DNA from: Lambdavirus PDP110P1
Sequence record: OZ035751.1
Length of the DNA stretch: 48,490 bases
Reading direction: 5' to 3' (one strand)
Every line of letters begins with the position of its first letter. Position 1 is the stretch's first letter. Position numbers and translations under genes: made by a program. Positions 1 to 12,257 of the stretch are shown here, one piece after another. The notes beneath the pieces are model-generated. The model did no database searches. It was not told the origin of the DNA and saw nothing but the letters and a program-made list of their open reading frames with translations.

Positions 1-29
1 ACTGGACTGTACTGGACGGATGGTGAAAC

Positions 30-515
30 ATGGCTGCACTAAAACCAGAGGTGAAAGCCGCCATTGTTCAAATGCTTGCGTGCTATGACACGCCTTCGCA
101 GGTGGTCGAGGCTGTCCAGAAAGATTTCGGTATCACCATCACCAGGCAGCAGGTTGAAACTCACGACCCGACAAAGGTTAGCGGGAAGACTCTCGCCAAA
201 AAATGGGTCGAACTTTTCAACCTTACCCGCGACCGCTTCCTCAACGAAATCTCCGACATTCCGATCGCCAATAAAGCCTACCGCCTGCGAGTCCTTCAGC
301 GAATGTCTACGACTGCCGAAGGTATGAAAAACCTCGGCATGACAGCTCAGTTACTGGAGCAGGCTGCAAAAGAGGTTGGCGACGCCTACAGCAACAAGCA
401 AAAGGTCGAGCTGACCGGTAAAGACGGCGGCCCACTGAATCAGGTGACGTACACCGCTGAAGACTATGCGAAGGCCCAGCAGAAGCTGGAGGGAAGGTTA
501 GAAGGGCTGGACTGA
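30..515 (+). CDS. terminase small subunit (putative)
   Basis: 161-aa ORF immediately upstream of and abutting the large terminase gene; role inferred from position. Confidence 0.5.
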   Translation: MAALKPEVKAAIVQMLACYDTPSQVVEAVQKDFGITITRQQVETHDPTKVSGKTLAKKWVELFNLTRDRFLNEISDIPIANKAYRLRVLQRMSTTAEGMKNLGMTAQLLEQAAKEVGDAYSNKQKVELTGKDGGPLNQVTYTAEDYAKAQQKLEGRLEGLD

Positions 516-516
516 T

Positions 517-2193
517 ATGAGCGGAATTATCGAATGGGATGACCTATCATTCCCGGAGCGCGTGATCATCCGTTCAAAGTCCACGAAGTCATTCCTGAAC
601 TTCACCCGGATATGGTTCGAGCTGATTCAGGGCGACCGGCTGCTGGTTAACTGGCATCACCGCCTGATGGCTTCGAAAATTGATGATCTGCTTGCCGGGC
701 GTCTTGTCCCGCGAAACCTGATTATCAACATCCCGCCAGGCGGTACAAAAACAGAGTTCTTCTCCATCCACTTCCCGGCGTATGTCAACGCCCTGGTGCA
801 GGAGAAGCGGCTTAAACGCTTTCGCAACCTGAATATCTCTTTTGCTGACACGCTGGTAAAGCGTAACAGCCGGCGCACCCGCGACATCATCGCAAGCCGC
901 GAATATCAGGAGTTCTGGCCCTGCTCGTTTGGTGTCAACCAGGCGGAAGAGTGGGAGATAAAGGACGAGAGAGGGCGCTCTATAGGGCAGACGGTATCGC
1001 GCTCAAGCAACGGGCAGATCACCGGTGGTCGTGGTGGCTACTACGGACCAGAGTTCTCCGGCATGGTGATGCTGGACGACTACAACAAGCCGGTGGACAT
1101 GCTCAGCGAGTCCCGACGCAAAAGCGCGAATACGCTGCTGGTAAACACCATTCGATCACGCCGCGGCGATAAGTCGAAAGAGCACCCGACTCCGTTTGTG
1201 AGCATCCAGCAGCGCCTGCACACCGACGACGCAACGGGCTTCATGCTTGCCGGCGGAATGGGCGTGCCGTTTCACCATGTCGCTATACCGGCCATGATCG
1301 ACGAGAAGTACATCCAGTCGCTCGATGAGCCATGGCGTTCGCTTTGCTGGGAAACGGTAAAAGATACCGATTCTGTGGTCGTTGGTGGCGTTCGCTACTG
1401 GTCCTACTGGCCGCAGATGGAAGACGTTAACGACCTCCTGCAGCTGTGGGAAAAGGACCGCTACACCTTCCTGTCGCAATACCAGCAAAACCCGACGGCG
1501 CTGACTGGCGGGATTATCGACACCAGCTGGTTCAGAACGTACACCACGCTGCCGAAGCTTACGCACCGTGCCGTGTATGTCGATACGAACAGCGGGAAGG
1601 TAGAGGACTGGCTGGATTACACCGTGTTTACGCTGGCTGGCATGGGCGTGGACGGGAATCTGTACATCATCGACGTCGTTCGCGGCCGGTGGGACCCGGA
1701 AGACCTCCTGAAGAAAGCGGAAGAGGTTTGGGAAAAATGGCGCCTGTCTGGCTCCATGCGGGTTATGCCGCTCCGCCACATGGCCATTGAAGAGAAGCAA
1801 GCCGGACAGGGCCTCATCACCACGCTGAAAAAACGTAGTCAGACCCCAGGGCAACTCGCCATCCCGGTGAGGGAAATCCCGCGCGGAACCGGACAGAACA
1901 AGCTCGTTCGCTGCCTTAACGTCATCCCCCAAATCAAAACCGGGAAAGTGTTTGTCCCCGCGACGCACACCGAAGACGGACAGAAGCTTTCCAGCATCTT
2001 CTACGAGGACGGCACGATCGCAGGCTCAACGGAGTGGGTGCTGACGGCGATGACGGAATGCGCTGCTTTCTCCGCTGATGACAGTCACGACAACGACGAC
2101 ATCCTCGATACCTGGATGGACGCAATCGACGACAACCTGATTTCCGGCCCGCAGCCGATGGTTATCGACCCGAATCAACTCAGGAGAATTTAA
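517..2193 (+). CDS. terminase large subunit
   Basis: 558 aa; N-terminal ATPase-like segment (NIPPGGTKTEF), acidic C-terminal nuclease-like region; followed by portal gene. Confidence 0.85.
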   Translation: MSGIIEWDDLSFPERVIIRSKSTKSFLNFTRIWFELIQGDRLLVNWHHRLMASKIDDLLAGRLVPRNLIINIPPGGTKTEFFSIHFPAYVNALVQEKRLKRFRNLNISFADTLVKRNSRRTRDIIASREYQEFWPCSFGVNQAEEWEIKDERGRSIGQTVSRSSNGQITGGRGGYYGPEFSGMVMLDDYNKPVDMLSESRRKSANTLLVNTIRSRRGDKSKEHPTPFVSIQQRLHTDDATGFMLAGGMGVPFHHVAIPAMIDEKYIQSLDEPWRSLCWETVKDTDSVVVGGVRYWSYWPQMEDVNDLLQLWEKDRYTFLSQYQQNPTALTGGIIDTSWFRTYTTLPKLTHRAVYVDTNSGKVEDWLDYTVFTLAGMGVDGNLYIIDVVRGRWDPEDLLKKAEEVWEKWRLSGSMRVMPLRHMAIEEKQAGQGLITTLKKRSQTPGQLAIPVREIPRGTGQNKLVRCLNVIPQIKTGKVFVPATHTEDGQKLSSIFYEDGTIAGSTEWVLTAMTECAAFSADDSHDNDDILDTWMDAIDDNLISGPQPMVIDPNQLRRI

Positions 2194-3714
2194 GTGTGGT
2201 GGTTTAAAAAGAAAGAAGTCGCCGCGCCTGAGCCGGCAAAAGAACCTGAAGCACCGAAGGTCGGGATCAGGCCAGAGGCCGTGGCCGAAGTCCGCGCATT
2301 ACCGAAAAGAGAGTTTCAGCGCTACGAGCCGCCGAAAGGGGTGATCCCCGAGGCTATCAAAAGCGCCATTCTGGCAATGGACTCCACGCCTTACGATGCT
2401 CTCAATGCTGCGTATGGCGGCTACGGCTACGGCGACTTTGATAGCTTCCCCGGATACCCGTATCTGGCCACGCTGGCGCAAAAGCCTGAATATCGCAAGA
2501 TGGTCGGCACCATCGCGGAAGAAATGACCCGCAAATGGATAAAGCTCAAAACTGTCGGCGATGAAGACAAGGCGGATCGGGTAAAACAGCTCGAAGAGGC
2601 CATGAAGCGGTTTAAGGTGCGCGAGCGCTTTAAAGAAGCCGCAGAGCATGACGGCTACTTTGGCGGCGGCCAGATTTACATCGACGTTCGTTCGCCGCGG
2701 GGCATCTCCGCATGGATGGACGACAACGAGCTGCAATCGAAGCTCTTCATGAGCGACAAGAAGATCACGAAAGGCAGCCTGCAGGGGTTCAGGGTCATCG
2801 AGCCTATCTGGACCTATCCGGGAATTTATAACTCCGACAACCCGCTGAGCCCGGATTTCTACAAGCCGACGCAGTGGTTTGTCATGGGACGGACCGTACA
2901 TGCAAGCCGGATGATTGATTTCGTCTCTCGGCAGGTGCCGGATCTGCTGAAAGCATCGTATAACTTCCGCGGCCTGTCTCTCTCGCAGATTGCCGAGCCA
3001 TACGTGAATAACTGGCTTCGCACCCGCGACAGCGTCAGCGACATGATTCACTCCTACTCGATACCGGTTTTCGGTACGGATATGAGCCAGATCCTGACAG
3101 GTGGCGCAGCGGATACGCTGATTGCCCGCCTGCAGGTTATGAATCAGTGTCGTGATAACCGCGGGGCGTTCGCTATCAATAATGATAAGGAAAAGCCGGA
3201 GACCGTGGAGTTCGTCAGCGCCCCTATCGCCGGCCTTGATGCCCTGCAGGCTCAATCTCAGGAGCACATGTCAGCAGTATCGAGCATCCCGCTCGTCAAA
3301 CTACTGGGCATTACTCCAAATGGCCTTAACGCAACGTCTGACGGCGAAATTCGCGTTTTCTACGACTACATTCACGCCCTGCAGCAGTCTGTTTTTAAAG
3401 ACAACCTGAAGCGCGTGATGGACATCATTCAGCTCTCTGAGTTCGGCGACATTGACGATGGCATAACCTTCGACTTTGAGCCGCTGTACGAAATGAGCGC
3501 TAAAGAGCGGGCGGAAATTCGCAAAGTAGACGCTGACACGGACGCTGTCTATGTGGCCGCCAGCGTGCTCTCTGGCAACGAAGTCCGCGAAAAAATCGCC
3601 GGTGACCCGGACTCTCCCTATCACTCTCTGGACCTGAATGATGACCTCGAAATCGAAGACGACTACGACGAAGAGGAAGAAACAGACCCTGACGATAAGG
3701 GCGGTTCATCCTAA
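2194..3714 (+). CDS. portal protein (putative)
   Basis: 506 aa directly after TerL, GTG start, acidic C-terminal tail; size and order typical of portal. Confidence 0.65.
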   Translation: MWWFKKKEVAAPEPAKEPEAPKVGIRPEAVAEVRALPKREFQRYEPPKGVIPEAIKSAILAMDSTPYDALNAAYGGYGYGDFDSFPGYPYLATLAQKPEYRKMVGTIAEEMTRKWIKLKTVGDEDKADRVKQLEEAMKRFKVRERFKEAAEHDGYFGGGQIYIDVRSPRGISAWMDDNELQSKLFMSDKKITKGSLQGFRVIEPIWTYPGIYNSDNPLSPDFYKPTQWFVMGRTVHASRMIDFVSRQVPDLLKASYNFRGLSLSQIAEPYVNNWLRTRDSVSDMIHSYSIPVFGTDMSQILTGGAADTLIARLQVMNQCRDNRGAFAINNDKEKPETVEFVSAPIAGLDALQAQSQEHMSAVSSIPLVKLLGITPNGLNATSDGEIRVFYDYIHALQQSVFKDNLKRVMDIIQLSEFGDIDDGITFDFEPLYEMSAKERAEIRKVDADTDAVYVAASVLSGNEVREKIAGDPDSPYHSLDLNDDLEIEDDYDEEEETDPDDKGGSS

Positions 3715-4465
3715 CGCTGGCGTCGAAGCATGGTACCGCCGACAGCTTGATAAGCAGGTGCAGGAAATGCAGGCATCTGTTGTCTACTGGCTGTCGGCAA
3801 ACTATCGGGCCAGCGGCGCGGCTGTCGCCATGGATGCATCGCCTGCAGTGATGATGCGGAATGCCATGCAGAAACTGGCTAAGCGCTGGACGCGGCGGTT
3901 TGATGACATGGCGCAAAAGCTGGCCGACAGATTCGCTAACGACGCCATGAAAAACGCGGATGCGTCACTGGCCACAGCCTTCAAAGATGCGGGGTTTACT
4001 GTCGAGTTCAAGATGACCTCGCAGATGAATAACGCTCTTCAGGCGACCATCGCCGAGAACGTCGGCCTTATCCGATCCATCCCCGAGAAGTATTTCACCG
4101 AGGTGGAAGGGCTGGTTATGCGGTCGGTAGCGCGTGGGCGCGACCTGTCCTATCTCACCGATGAACTCCAGAAGCGATACGGGATTACCCGGCGCCGTGC
4201 GGCGTTCATTGCCCGAGATCAGAACAACAAGGCCACCTCAGTCGTTCAGTCTGCGCGACAGCAGGCGCTAGGCATTACCCAGGGTATATGGAAGCACTCC
4301 CATGCAGGTAAGAAGCCTCGCCAGTCCCATGTGAAAGCTAATGGCAGGCTTTTCGACCTCTCGGAGGGGATGCTCATTGATGGCGAGCACATCATGCCAG
4401 GCGAATTACCAAATTGTCGTTGCACCTGGGAGGCTGTCATTCCAGGGCTTTCAAAACAGGATTGA
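3638..4465 (+). CDS. head morphogenesis protein (Mu F / SPP1 gp7-like)
   Basis: 275-aa ORF after portal; true start may be the internal ATG near 3764, since the track start overlaps the portal gene by 77 nt. Confidence 0.55.
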   Translation: MMTSKSKTTTTKRKKQTLTIRAVHPNAGVEAWYRRQLDKQVQEMQASVVYWLSANYRASGAAVAMDASPAVMMRNAMQKLAKRWTRRFDDMAQKLADRFANDAMKNADASLATAFKDAGFTVEFKMTSQMNNALQATIAENVGLIRSIPEKYFTEVEGLVMRSVARGRDLSYLTDELQKRYGITRRRAAFIARDQNNKATSVVQSARQQALGITQGIWKHSHAGKKPRQSHVKANGRLFDLSEGMLIDGEHIMPGELPNCRCTWEAVIPGLSKQD

Positions 4466-5635
<1,170 letters not shown>

Positions 5636-5636
5636 C

Positions 5637-6119
5637 ATGGCAGGTTTTCAGACACGAATTAACCAGTATCCGGCCCCCGGCGTCGAAGGGGCCTTTGCTG
5701 GCACCAACCCTCACGCGACCTATCAGGCCGGCGAGGGAGCTCTGGTTGCTGGCGAGGACGGCCTGACTGTCGGCCGCTTCGCCTGGGACGTTGACGGTGT
5801 GGCTTCCAATGCCGGTAGCGGTGTTCCGTCTGGCTTTGTCCATCGTGACGGTCAGGCCTCGATCACCATCTGGCTGGGCCAGGCATCCATGCTTATCCAG
5901 CCCGGACGCGAAATCACCCTGATGGTTGCCGGTGACTTCTGGGCCAAAACGTCAACCGCTGCCACCCGCGGGCAGAAGGTTTTTGCATCCCTGACCACCG
6001 GTGAGGTGCAAGTCGCCGCAGCCGGCGCGACCGTGGCCGGTTTTATCGAGACCGCATTCTATGCCGCAAGCGATTGTGACGCTGGCGAGCTGGTCAAAAT
6101 CAGCACCTGGAGCAAGTAA
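5637..6119 (+). CDS. putative head structural/decoration protein
   Basis: 160-aa Gly/Ala-rich ORF immediately upstream of the major capsid gene. Confidence 0.4.
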   Translation: MAGFQTRINQYPAPGVEGAFAGTNPHATYQAGEGALVAGEDGLTVGRFAWDVDGVASNAGSGVPSGFVHRDGQASITIWLGQASMLIQPGREITLMVAGDFWAKTSTAATRGQKVFASLTTGEVQVAAAGATVAGFIETAFYAASDCDAGELVKISTWSK

Positions 6120-7156
6120 TGAACGAATTTCAGCGACACTACGCCGCAGCCAGCGGGAAATATGGCATTGTGCTGCCCGGCGCGAAGGACTACCTGAAGC
6201 CGGAGTTTGCGGAGAATTTCGCGCTGGCGATGGATGCCCAGCCGCAAATGGTCACTGCGAATAACGCCGGCATCCCGGCCTACTTCACTAACTACGTCGA
6301 TCCGGAACTTATCCGCGTTCTCGTAACGCCGATGAAGGCCGCAGAGATTATCGGTGAAGTGAAAAAAGGCGACTGGACCACGCTGACCTCGCAGTTCCCG
6401 ATCGTCGAGTCGACTGGTGAAACCAGCGCTTACGGCGACTTCAACAACAACGGCATGACGTCTGCCAACGTCAACTGGGTACCGCGCCAGTCGTTCCATT
6501 ATCAGACTCACACCCGCTGGGGTGAGCGCGAGCTGGACATGTATGGCGCCGGGCGTATCGGCTATGCCGCCGAACTCAACGTGGCCTCTGCGCTTGTGCT
6601 GAACAAGTTCCAGAACAAGTCCTACTTCTACGGCATCGCCGGGCTGGAAAACTACGGTCTGCTCAACGATCCGTCTCTGAGCGCTTCGGTTACTCCGGCG
6701 GCGACTGGTTCCGGCGGTGGCGTTACCTGGGCAACGAAAGACGGGCAGGCTGTATATGACGACATTTCCGGTCGCCTCTATAAGCAGCTGGTATCTCAGA
6801 CCAAAGGCCTCGTAGAGCGTACCGATCGCATGGTGCTCGGCATGTCGCCGGAAATGGAAGTCAACCTGACCAAGACGAACCAGTACAACGTGAACGTCAC
6901 CGATCAGCTGAAGAAAAACTTCCCGAACATGCGTATCGAAACCGCTGTTGAATACAGCACCGCCTCAGGCGAGCTGGTGCAACTGATTGTTGAGCGTCTG
7001 GGTGAGCAGGACACCGCTTACGCAGCATTCACCGAGAAGATGCGCGCGCACGCTGTCGTGGTAGAAGAGTCTTCCTGGCGGCAGAAAAAATCCGGTGGCA
7101 CCTGGGGTGCAATCATTCGTCAACCGCTGGGCATCGCCAGCATGATCGGGGTGTAA
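6119..7156 (+). CDS. major capsid protein (putative)
   Basis: 345 aa; position in head module; ATGA overlap with upstream gene. Confidence 0.6.
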   Translation: MNEFQRHYAAASGKYGIVLPGAKDYLKPEFAENFALAMDAQPQMVTANNAGIPAYFTNYVDPELIRVLVTPMKAAEIIGEVKKGDWTTLTSQFPIVESTGETSAYGDFNNNGMTSANVNWVPRQSFHYQTHTRWGERELDMYGAGRIGYAAELNVASALVLNKFQNKSYFYGIAGLENYGLLNDPSLSASVTPAATGSGGGVTWATKDGQAVYDDISGRLYKQLVSQTKGLVERTDRMVLGMSPEMEVNLTKTNQYNVNVTDQLKKNFPNMRIETAVEYSTASGELVQLIVERLGEQDTAYAAFTEKMRAHAVVVEESSWRQKKSGGTWGAIIRQPLGIASMIGV

Positions 7157-7157
7157 C

Positions 7158-7484
7158 ATGGCCGAAACAGTAACTGTAGGATGCAAACTGCCGAACGGCC
7201 TGATCCTGGAGCAGGGCGAGTACAAAGTGGAGCTTAACGGCTCCAACTCCTCTATCGTTGTCGGCGGCTACGGCCTGACCGAAAACGTGGACAAGGAAGC
7301 CTTTGAGGCGTGGCTGGCCGTACATGCTGATCAGCCCTATGTTCGCAAAGAGCTGGTGTTTGCCCAAGCGAAAACCAGCAGCGCCCAGGCGAAAGCGAAT
7401 GAAAACGCTTCGGAGAAAACCGGTCTGGAAGGTCTGGATCAGAACAACCCGGCCCCGGGCGTTGAGAAGGCGGACAAAAAATAA
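7158..7484 (+). CDS. hypothetical head-associated protein
   Basis: 108-aa ORF tightly packed after capsid gene. Confidence 0.4.
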   Translation: MAETVTVGCKLPNGLILEQGEYKVELNGSNSSIVVGGYGLTENVDKEAFEAWLAVHADQPYVRKELVFAQAKTSSAQAKANENASEKTGLEGLDQNNPAPGVEKADKK

Positions 7485-7927
7485 TGGCGATCGTTGTCTT
7501 TGATGTTGCCGCATTTCGTGAGCGTTATCCGGAGTTCGATGCCGTAAGTAATACGCTACTTAATGCGTACTTCACGGAGGCAACGATTTATCTGAATAAC
7601 ACGGACAGCAGCCCGGTAAAAGATATCTCTATCCGGGCTCTTTTCCTGAACATGCTGGTTGCGCACATTGCGGCGCTGAATTCAGGCGTAAACGGCGAAA
7701 AGGCTTCTGGTCTGGTTGGCCGTGTGGCAAGCGCATCGGAGGGGTCAGTGTCAGTATCAGCTGACGCAGGGCCCTCAAGCGAAAACTCCTGGTGGTATAA
7801 GCAGACTACTTACGGGTCAGCTTACTGGGAGGCCACAAAGCCTTACAGGACTGGTTTTTATGTCCCGGGCTCATCCCCTTCAATGTACCCGGGCCATTAT
7901 AATCGTCGCTCATTCATCCGGAGGTAG
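7484..7927 (+). CDS. putative head-tail adaptor protein
   Basis: 147-aa ORF, start overlaps upstream stop; role from gene order. Confidence 0.35.
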   Translation: MAIVVFDVAAFRERYPEFDAVSNTLLNAYFTEATIYLNNTDSSPVKDISIRALFLNMLVAHIAALNSGVNGEKASGLVGRVASASEGSVSVSADAGPSSENSWWYKQTTYGSAYWEATKPYRTGFYVPGSSPSMYPGHYNRRSFIRR

Positions 7928-7929
7928 CT

Positions 7930-8493
7930 ATGGATGGAATGTCAGGCGGCGATAAGCTTATGGAGCACCTGCAGTCTATCGCAAAGGGTCTGTCCTCTGG
8001 CGATGATTTGAAGGTGGGTTTCCTTGAGGGGGCTAAGTACCCAGACGGGACGCCGGTAGCACTTGTGGCAGCCACCAACGAATTTGGCGGCACTGTAAAA
8101 ATCCCGGCGCATACCCGGGATTTGAACTTTTACGTTCGCCGTGACGGCGTTTCGCGCTTCGCAAAGCCATCAAAGGCCAATTTCGCGAAGTCAGTAATGA
8201 TACCCGAGCATATCGTTACGATCCCATCCCGGCCGTACTTCAGGAAGACCATTTCTGAACATGGTCCGGAGTGGGGCGGAGAGCTCGGGAAACTCATGAA
8301 GGCAAACGATTTTGACGCCCGCAAAAGCCTGGCGCTGATGGGGGAGCGGATCAAGGGGCAGATTCAGTCGTCAATCATCGCCTTTTCTGAGCCGCCGAAC
8401 GCAAAAAGCACGGTCGACAAAAAAGGGTTTAATGACCCGTTAATAGACTCGGCCCACATGCTGAACTCGGTCGACTACGAGGTGAAAGAGTGA
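7930..8493 (+). CDS. putative head completion/neck protein
   Basis: 187-aa ORF in head-tail joining region. Confidence 0.35.
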   Translation: MDGMSGGDKLMEHLQSIAKGLSSGDDLKVGFLEGAKYPDGTPVALVAATNEFGGTVKIPAHTRDLNFYVRRDGVSRFAKPSKANFAKSVMIPEHIVTIPSRPYFRKTISEHGPEWGGELGKLMKANDFDARKSLALMGERIKGQIQSSIIAFSEPPNAKSTVDKKGFNDPLIDSAHMLNSVDYEVKE

Positions 8494-8858
8494 ATCTTCA
8501 TTCCATAGTGCGAGGCGCCATTAGTGCGGTTAATCCTCGCGTCGAGGCGCAGATTTACCGCTCGATCGGACCAATCAAAAACCCGGATTACTCGACCTCT
8601 CCAGGTTTCGCGCCGCCGGTAACGATGATGGTGCAAAAGCAGGCGCTGAGTCAGGCTGATATCAGGCACATGGATAACATGAACATCCAGGGTGTGCTGG
8701 TCAGTATCTGGACGGATGGCAACTGGTGTGGGATTAACAGGGAGCGGCAGCAGGGCGGCGATAAGTTCGTTATCGGCGATGAAACATGGCTGGTTGTGGA
8801 TGTGCCTGAAATCTGGCCGGACTGGACGAGGGTTATCGCATGTCAACAATTGACGTAG
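8490..8858 (+). CDS. putative neck protein
   Basis: 122-aa ORF, ATGA-type overlap with neighbour. Confidence 0.35.
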   Translation: MNLHSIVRGAISAVNPRVEAQIYRSIGPIKNPDYSTSPGFAPPVTMMVQKQALSQADIRHMDNMNIQGVLVSIWTDGNWCGINRERQQGGDKFVIGDETWLVVDVPEIWPDWTRVIACQQLT

Positions 8859-9391
8859 GCCTGCAGGTCACTGAAAGCGATCTGTTTAAGGCGACTGGCG
8901 ATTTCCTTTCTGTCCTCTTCCCGGATGCAGAGATCACGCAGACTCAGCAAAATCAGACCCCCATGCCGAAAGGCGGTTTCATTACCATGACTCCGCTTTT
9001 TCTGACTGACCTCTCAACCAGTGCTGTCAATTACGAGTATGACGGTGTGAGTGATTACGGGCGGGCAGAACTTCGCCGCGTTGATGAATGGCAATGTCAG
9101 CTCGATTTCTACGGAGATCAGGCACAAAACAATGCCACCATCTTTTCGCGCATCGCCCGCTCCGAATTCGCATGTACCTGGTTCAGGGAAAACGCGAATG
9201 TCCTGGTTCCGATTTATTCCGGCCCCCCGCGGCAAACCTCGATGATCAACGGCGAGAAGCAGTGGGAATCCCGCTGGACGCTTGAATTCCACGCAAACCC
9301 GCTGATTGTCGTCAGCGTTCCTCAGCAGTTTATGACAGGCGCAGATGTGATATCGCAGCCAGTCGACGTGAGATTTCCTCCGGAGAAATAA
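8840..9391 (+). CDS. putative tail completion protein
   Basis: 183-aa ORF preceding the sheath-like gene. Confidence 0.35.
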   Translation: MSTIDVGLQVTESDLFKATGDFLSVLFPDAEITQTQQNQTPMPKGGFITMTPLFLTDLSTSAVNYEYDGVSDYGRAELRRVDEWQCQLDFYGDQAQNNATIFSRIARSEFACTWFRENANVLVPIYSGPPRQTSMINGEKQWESRWTLEFHANPLIVVSVPQQFMTGADVISQPVDVRFPPEK

Positions 9392-9394
9392 TAA

Positions 9395-10876
9395 ATGGCA
9401 ATTTCGCTATCAAAAATCGCCCAGATGCTTCCCGGCGTACTGAAGGCGACAGGGACAGCTATTGATCTCAATGGCCTGTTCCTGACCGACAGCGCATACG
9501 CGCCGGTTGGTGCAGTACCCTCATTTTCCAGTGCGGATGAGGTAAAGGCGTACTTCGGCAGCGCGTCGATTGAGTACACCGCCGCGGTGCTGTATTTCGC
9601 CGCATTCACCGGTAAAACACAGATGCCTGGCAAGCTGTATTTTAGCCGATTCAATACCGCAGCAGTGGCGGCATTCCTTCGTTCCGGATCGCACGCAGCG
9701 ACCACGCTGGCACAGCTCAAGTTGCTTTCTGGTACGTTGACTCTGACAGTTGACGGCACGGAGGAGACTTCTGCGGCTATCAACCTCAGCGGCGCCACCA
9801 GTTTTGATAATGCGGCAGAGCTGATTGAAACCGGCATTGGCTCCTCGGTTGTAGTGACCTGGGATAGCGTGCTGAAGAAATTCATCATCACCTCTGCCAC
9901 CACGGGCGTGGATAGCACCATTACCTTTGCCGATGAAGGTACGCTTGCTACGGGTCTGAAACTGACCGAAGCGACCGGCGCGGTGATCTCTCAGGGTGCG
10001 GCGCCGGCAGTGGTTGACGATATCTTTACTGCCATTCTGGCCAAAGAGCAGGACTGGGTAACATTCTCCACGACGTTCGCTGTCACCAAAGACCAGGCTA
10101 ATGCGTTTGCGCTCTGGACAAACAGCCAGAACCACCGCTTTGCCTATGTCCCATGGGACGCATCAGGAACGGCAATCGTGGCGGGCAGCTCGAATGCACT
10201 GGTGTACGACATCATCAACACCTACGCCTATAACGACACCTGCCCGGTGTATGGTTACCCGAACCACGCAGCAAACGCGATGGGGTTTGTGGCTGCGCTG
10301 AACTTCACGCAGGCCAATGGTCGCTGTTCGCTGAATGGTCGTCAGGTGTCCGGCCTGCTGCCGATGATCAGTAACGATACTGATTACGAGGCGGCTAAGG
10401 CCAACGGCTATAACTTCTACGGCAACTATGCCTCGAATGCGGTCGAAACCAACCAGTGGGCGCCCGGCTCTATTACCGGTGATTACGCTTGGCTTGACGC
10501 CTGGGCGGGTCAGGTATGGGTAAATGCTCAGCTTCAGGCGGCTCTTGTTGCGCTGTTCCAGCAGGCGAGCAATCTGCCCTTCGCAGCAGCCGGGAAAGCT
10601 CGTATTGAGTCGTGCATGAAGCCGACCATTGAGCAATTCAGGGCGTGGGGTGGCATGACGGCAGGAACCGATCTTGACCAGTCGCAGATCGACCAGATTA
10701 ACGCCATCGCTGGTGTCGATGTTACGGATTCGCTTATGGCTGAAGGTTATTACGTCTACATCGGCCCGTTCACCGCGGCAATGCGCGCCGCGCGTACCAA
10801 GCCAACGGTTTACTTCTGGTACACCGACGGCGGGATCATCCAGGGTATCACCGTTAACAGCACGGAGGTGCAGTAA
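9395..10876 (+). CDS. tail sheath protein (putative)
   Basis: 493 aa followed by a 147-aa tube-like gene, chaperone and tape measure: the gene order of a contractile tail. Confidence 0.5.
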   Translation: MAISLSKIAQMLPGVLKATGTAIDLNGLFLTDSAYAPVGAVPSFSSADEVKAYFGSASIEYTAAVLYFAAFTGKTQMPGKLYFSRFNTAAVAAFLRSGSHAATTLAQLKLLSGTLTLTVDGTEETSAAINLSGATSFDNAAELIETGIGSSVVVTWDSVLKKFIITSATTGVDSTITFADEGTLATGLKLTEATGAVISQGAAPAVVDDIFTAILAKEQDWVTFSTTFAVTKDQANAFALWTNSQNHRFAYVPWDASGTAIVAGSSNALVYDIINTYAYNDTCPVYGYPNHAANAMGFVAALNFTQANGRCSLNGRQVSGLLPMISNDTDYEAAKANGYNFYGNYASNAVETNQWAPGSITGDYAWLDAWAGQVWVNAQLQAALVALFQQASNLPFAAAGKARIESCMKPTIEQFRAWGGMTAGTDLDQSQIDQINAIAGVDVTDSLMAEGYYVYIGPFTAAMRAARTKPTVYFWYTDGGIIQGITVNSTEVQ

Positions 10877-11319
10877 TGGCCGGTCAAAATATTACGTCGG
10901 CAGACGCCATCATTGAGCTGGTCATTGCTGAGCTCTACCCATCCGGGTTTAACCTGGAACAGTTCGAAGCGCAAAACATCTTCGAAATGGGTGATACCGA
11001 TATGGCAGAGTACCAGCGTACTGCTGACGGTAAACTGCTGGGTGGTTTTGTTTATGGTGATCTGCCGTGGACTTTCCATCTGGCGGCATCATCCCCGTCG
11101 ATTAAGTACATCGACAACTGGCAAACCACGCAGATGACCACGCGGTCTGTGCTGCGTGTCAATGGGACTGTGATCCTGCCGTCGCTGGGTAAAAAGTACA
11201 TCATGACTAACGGTATCCTGCAGCGCGCACGCCGCATGCCGTCTGCCGGCCGTGTTCTTCAGCCGGTAACTGGACTCATCCAGTGGGAAACTGTCACCCC
11301 GGCAGACTACTCAGCATAA
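10876..11319 (+). CDS. tail tube protein (putative)
   Basis: 147 aa directly after sheath-like gene. Confidence 0.5.
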   Translation: MAGQNITSADAIIELVIAELYPSGFNLEQFEAQNIFEMGDTDMAEYQRTADGKLLGGFVYGDLPWTFHLAASSPSIKYIDNWQTTQMTTRSVLRVNGTVILPSLGKKYIMTNGILQRARRMPSAGRVLQPVTGLIQWETVTPADYSA

Positions 11320-11353
11320 AAAAAATCAGCCCGGCTAAGTCCGGGCTTTTTTA
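11318..11353 (+). terminator. rho-independent terminator
   Basis: hairpin AGCCCGG-CTAAGT-CCGGGCT followed by TTTTTTAT, directly after the tube gene stop. Confidence 0.7.
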
Positions 11354-11501
11354 TACCCGCAATACCCCGCGCTTCACACGCGCACATCACAACACAGAAC
11401 CTTTCAGGATGACCCTTGAGGATACCGGTTTGGCTATCGGTGCCTTTCTGTGGGCCGGATTCCTGTGTGACAAGGTTCATCACTAAAAGGTAATTACCGA
11501 G

Positions 11502-12257
11502 ATGTCTAATATCATCCCCATGAATTACGATGACCGTTCATTTCCTTTTACTGCTGACTGCTGGTTCAATGCCACGGTTGCCGCAAAGCATCACGGCAAG
11601 CTACCAAAGGACTGGCTAAAGACTGAGGCGACAAAAATTTATATCGCCGAATTGGCTGAGGAGCTTGGAATTGCTGGCTCCGGCGTAAAAGAGGATTTTT
11701 CTCCCCTTTTAGTCAGAGTGGAGAAAGGGCGAAACGGCGGGACCTGGCTTCATCCGGAGTTGGCGGTGGAGTTCGCCCGCTGGTTGTCAGTAAAATTCGC
11801 CCGAGCCTGTGACCGACACATTAAAAATCTGCTACTGAGTAAAAACTTCCAGCTCACTGAAGATCAAATTGTCGGCCTGATGGTCTGTCAGCAACCCACC
11901 TCTTGGGAAAAACGATTTAAAGACCCGTTCTACCAGGCGCTGTCGAAAATGTCCGGCCTTCCTTACTTTGGTCATGTCGGTGGTTGCCCGGCGCTGTTCG
12001 GTCAGATCACCGCTCGATGGGTGTACGGTGTCGCACTTCCCGATTATGTCTATCAGGCAGCAAAACAAGCAGCGGGCGACAGCAGAGAGAAGATTCACCA
12101 GCACCTCAAGCCTGATGCGCTGGATAAGGTCGAGCAGCAATTGATCGCCGTTACCAATATCGCGAATTGCAGCATTGACCAGAAGGACTTCGAGGCCCGT
12201 TGCATGGCCGCGTTTCCCGTTAAGGGTCAGATGAAACTGCTGTATGCGGCGGCGTGA
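11502..12257 (+). CDS. KilA-N domain protein (moron)
   Basis: 251 aa; N-terminal KilA-N-like region (…GTWLHPELAVEFARWL…); sits between two terminators inside the tail module. Confidence 0.6.
   Translation: MSNIIPMNYDDRSFPFTADCWFNATVAAKHHGKLPKDWLKTEATKIYIAELAEELGIAGSGVKEDFSPLLVRVEKGRNGGTWLHPELAVEFARWLSVKFARACDRHIKNLLLSKNFQLTEDQIVGLMVCQQPTSWEKRFKDPFYQALSKMSGLPYFGHVGGCPALFGQITARWVYGVALPDYVYQAAKQAAGDSREKIHQHLKPDALDKVEQQLIAVTNIANCSIDQKDFEARCMAAFPVKGQMKLLYAAA

Noticed and set aside
1156-1968. 270-aa minus-strand ORF inside the large terminase gene
   Set aside because: Fully antisense to a well-supported coding region; Arg- and Pro-rich composition typical of an out-of-frame reading of GC-rich coding sequence.
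2299-3267. 322-aa minus-strand ORF inside the portal gene
   Set aside because: Antisense to the portal gene, no RBS, compositionally biased.
9322-10135. Two long minus-strand ORFs (199 and 204 aa) inside the sheath-like gene
   Set aside because: Antisense to a structural gene in a tightly packed operon; no start context.
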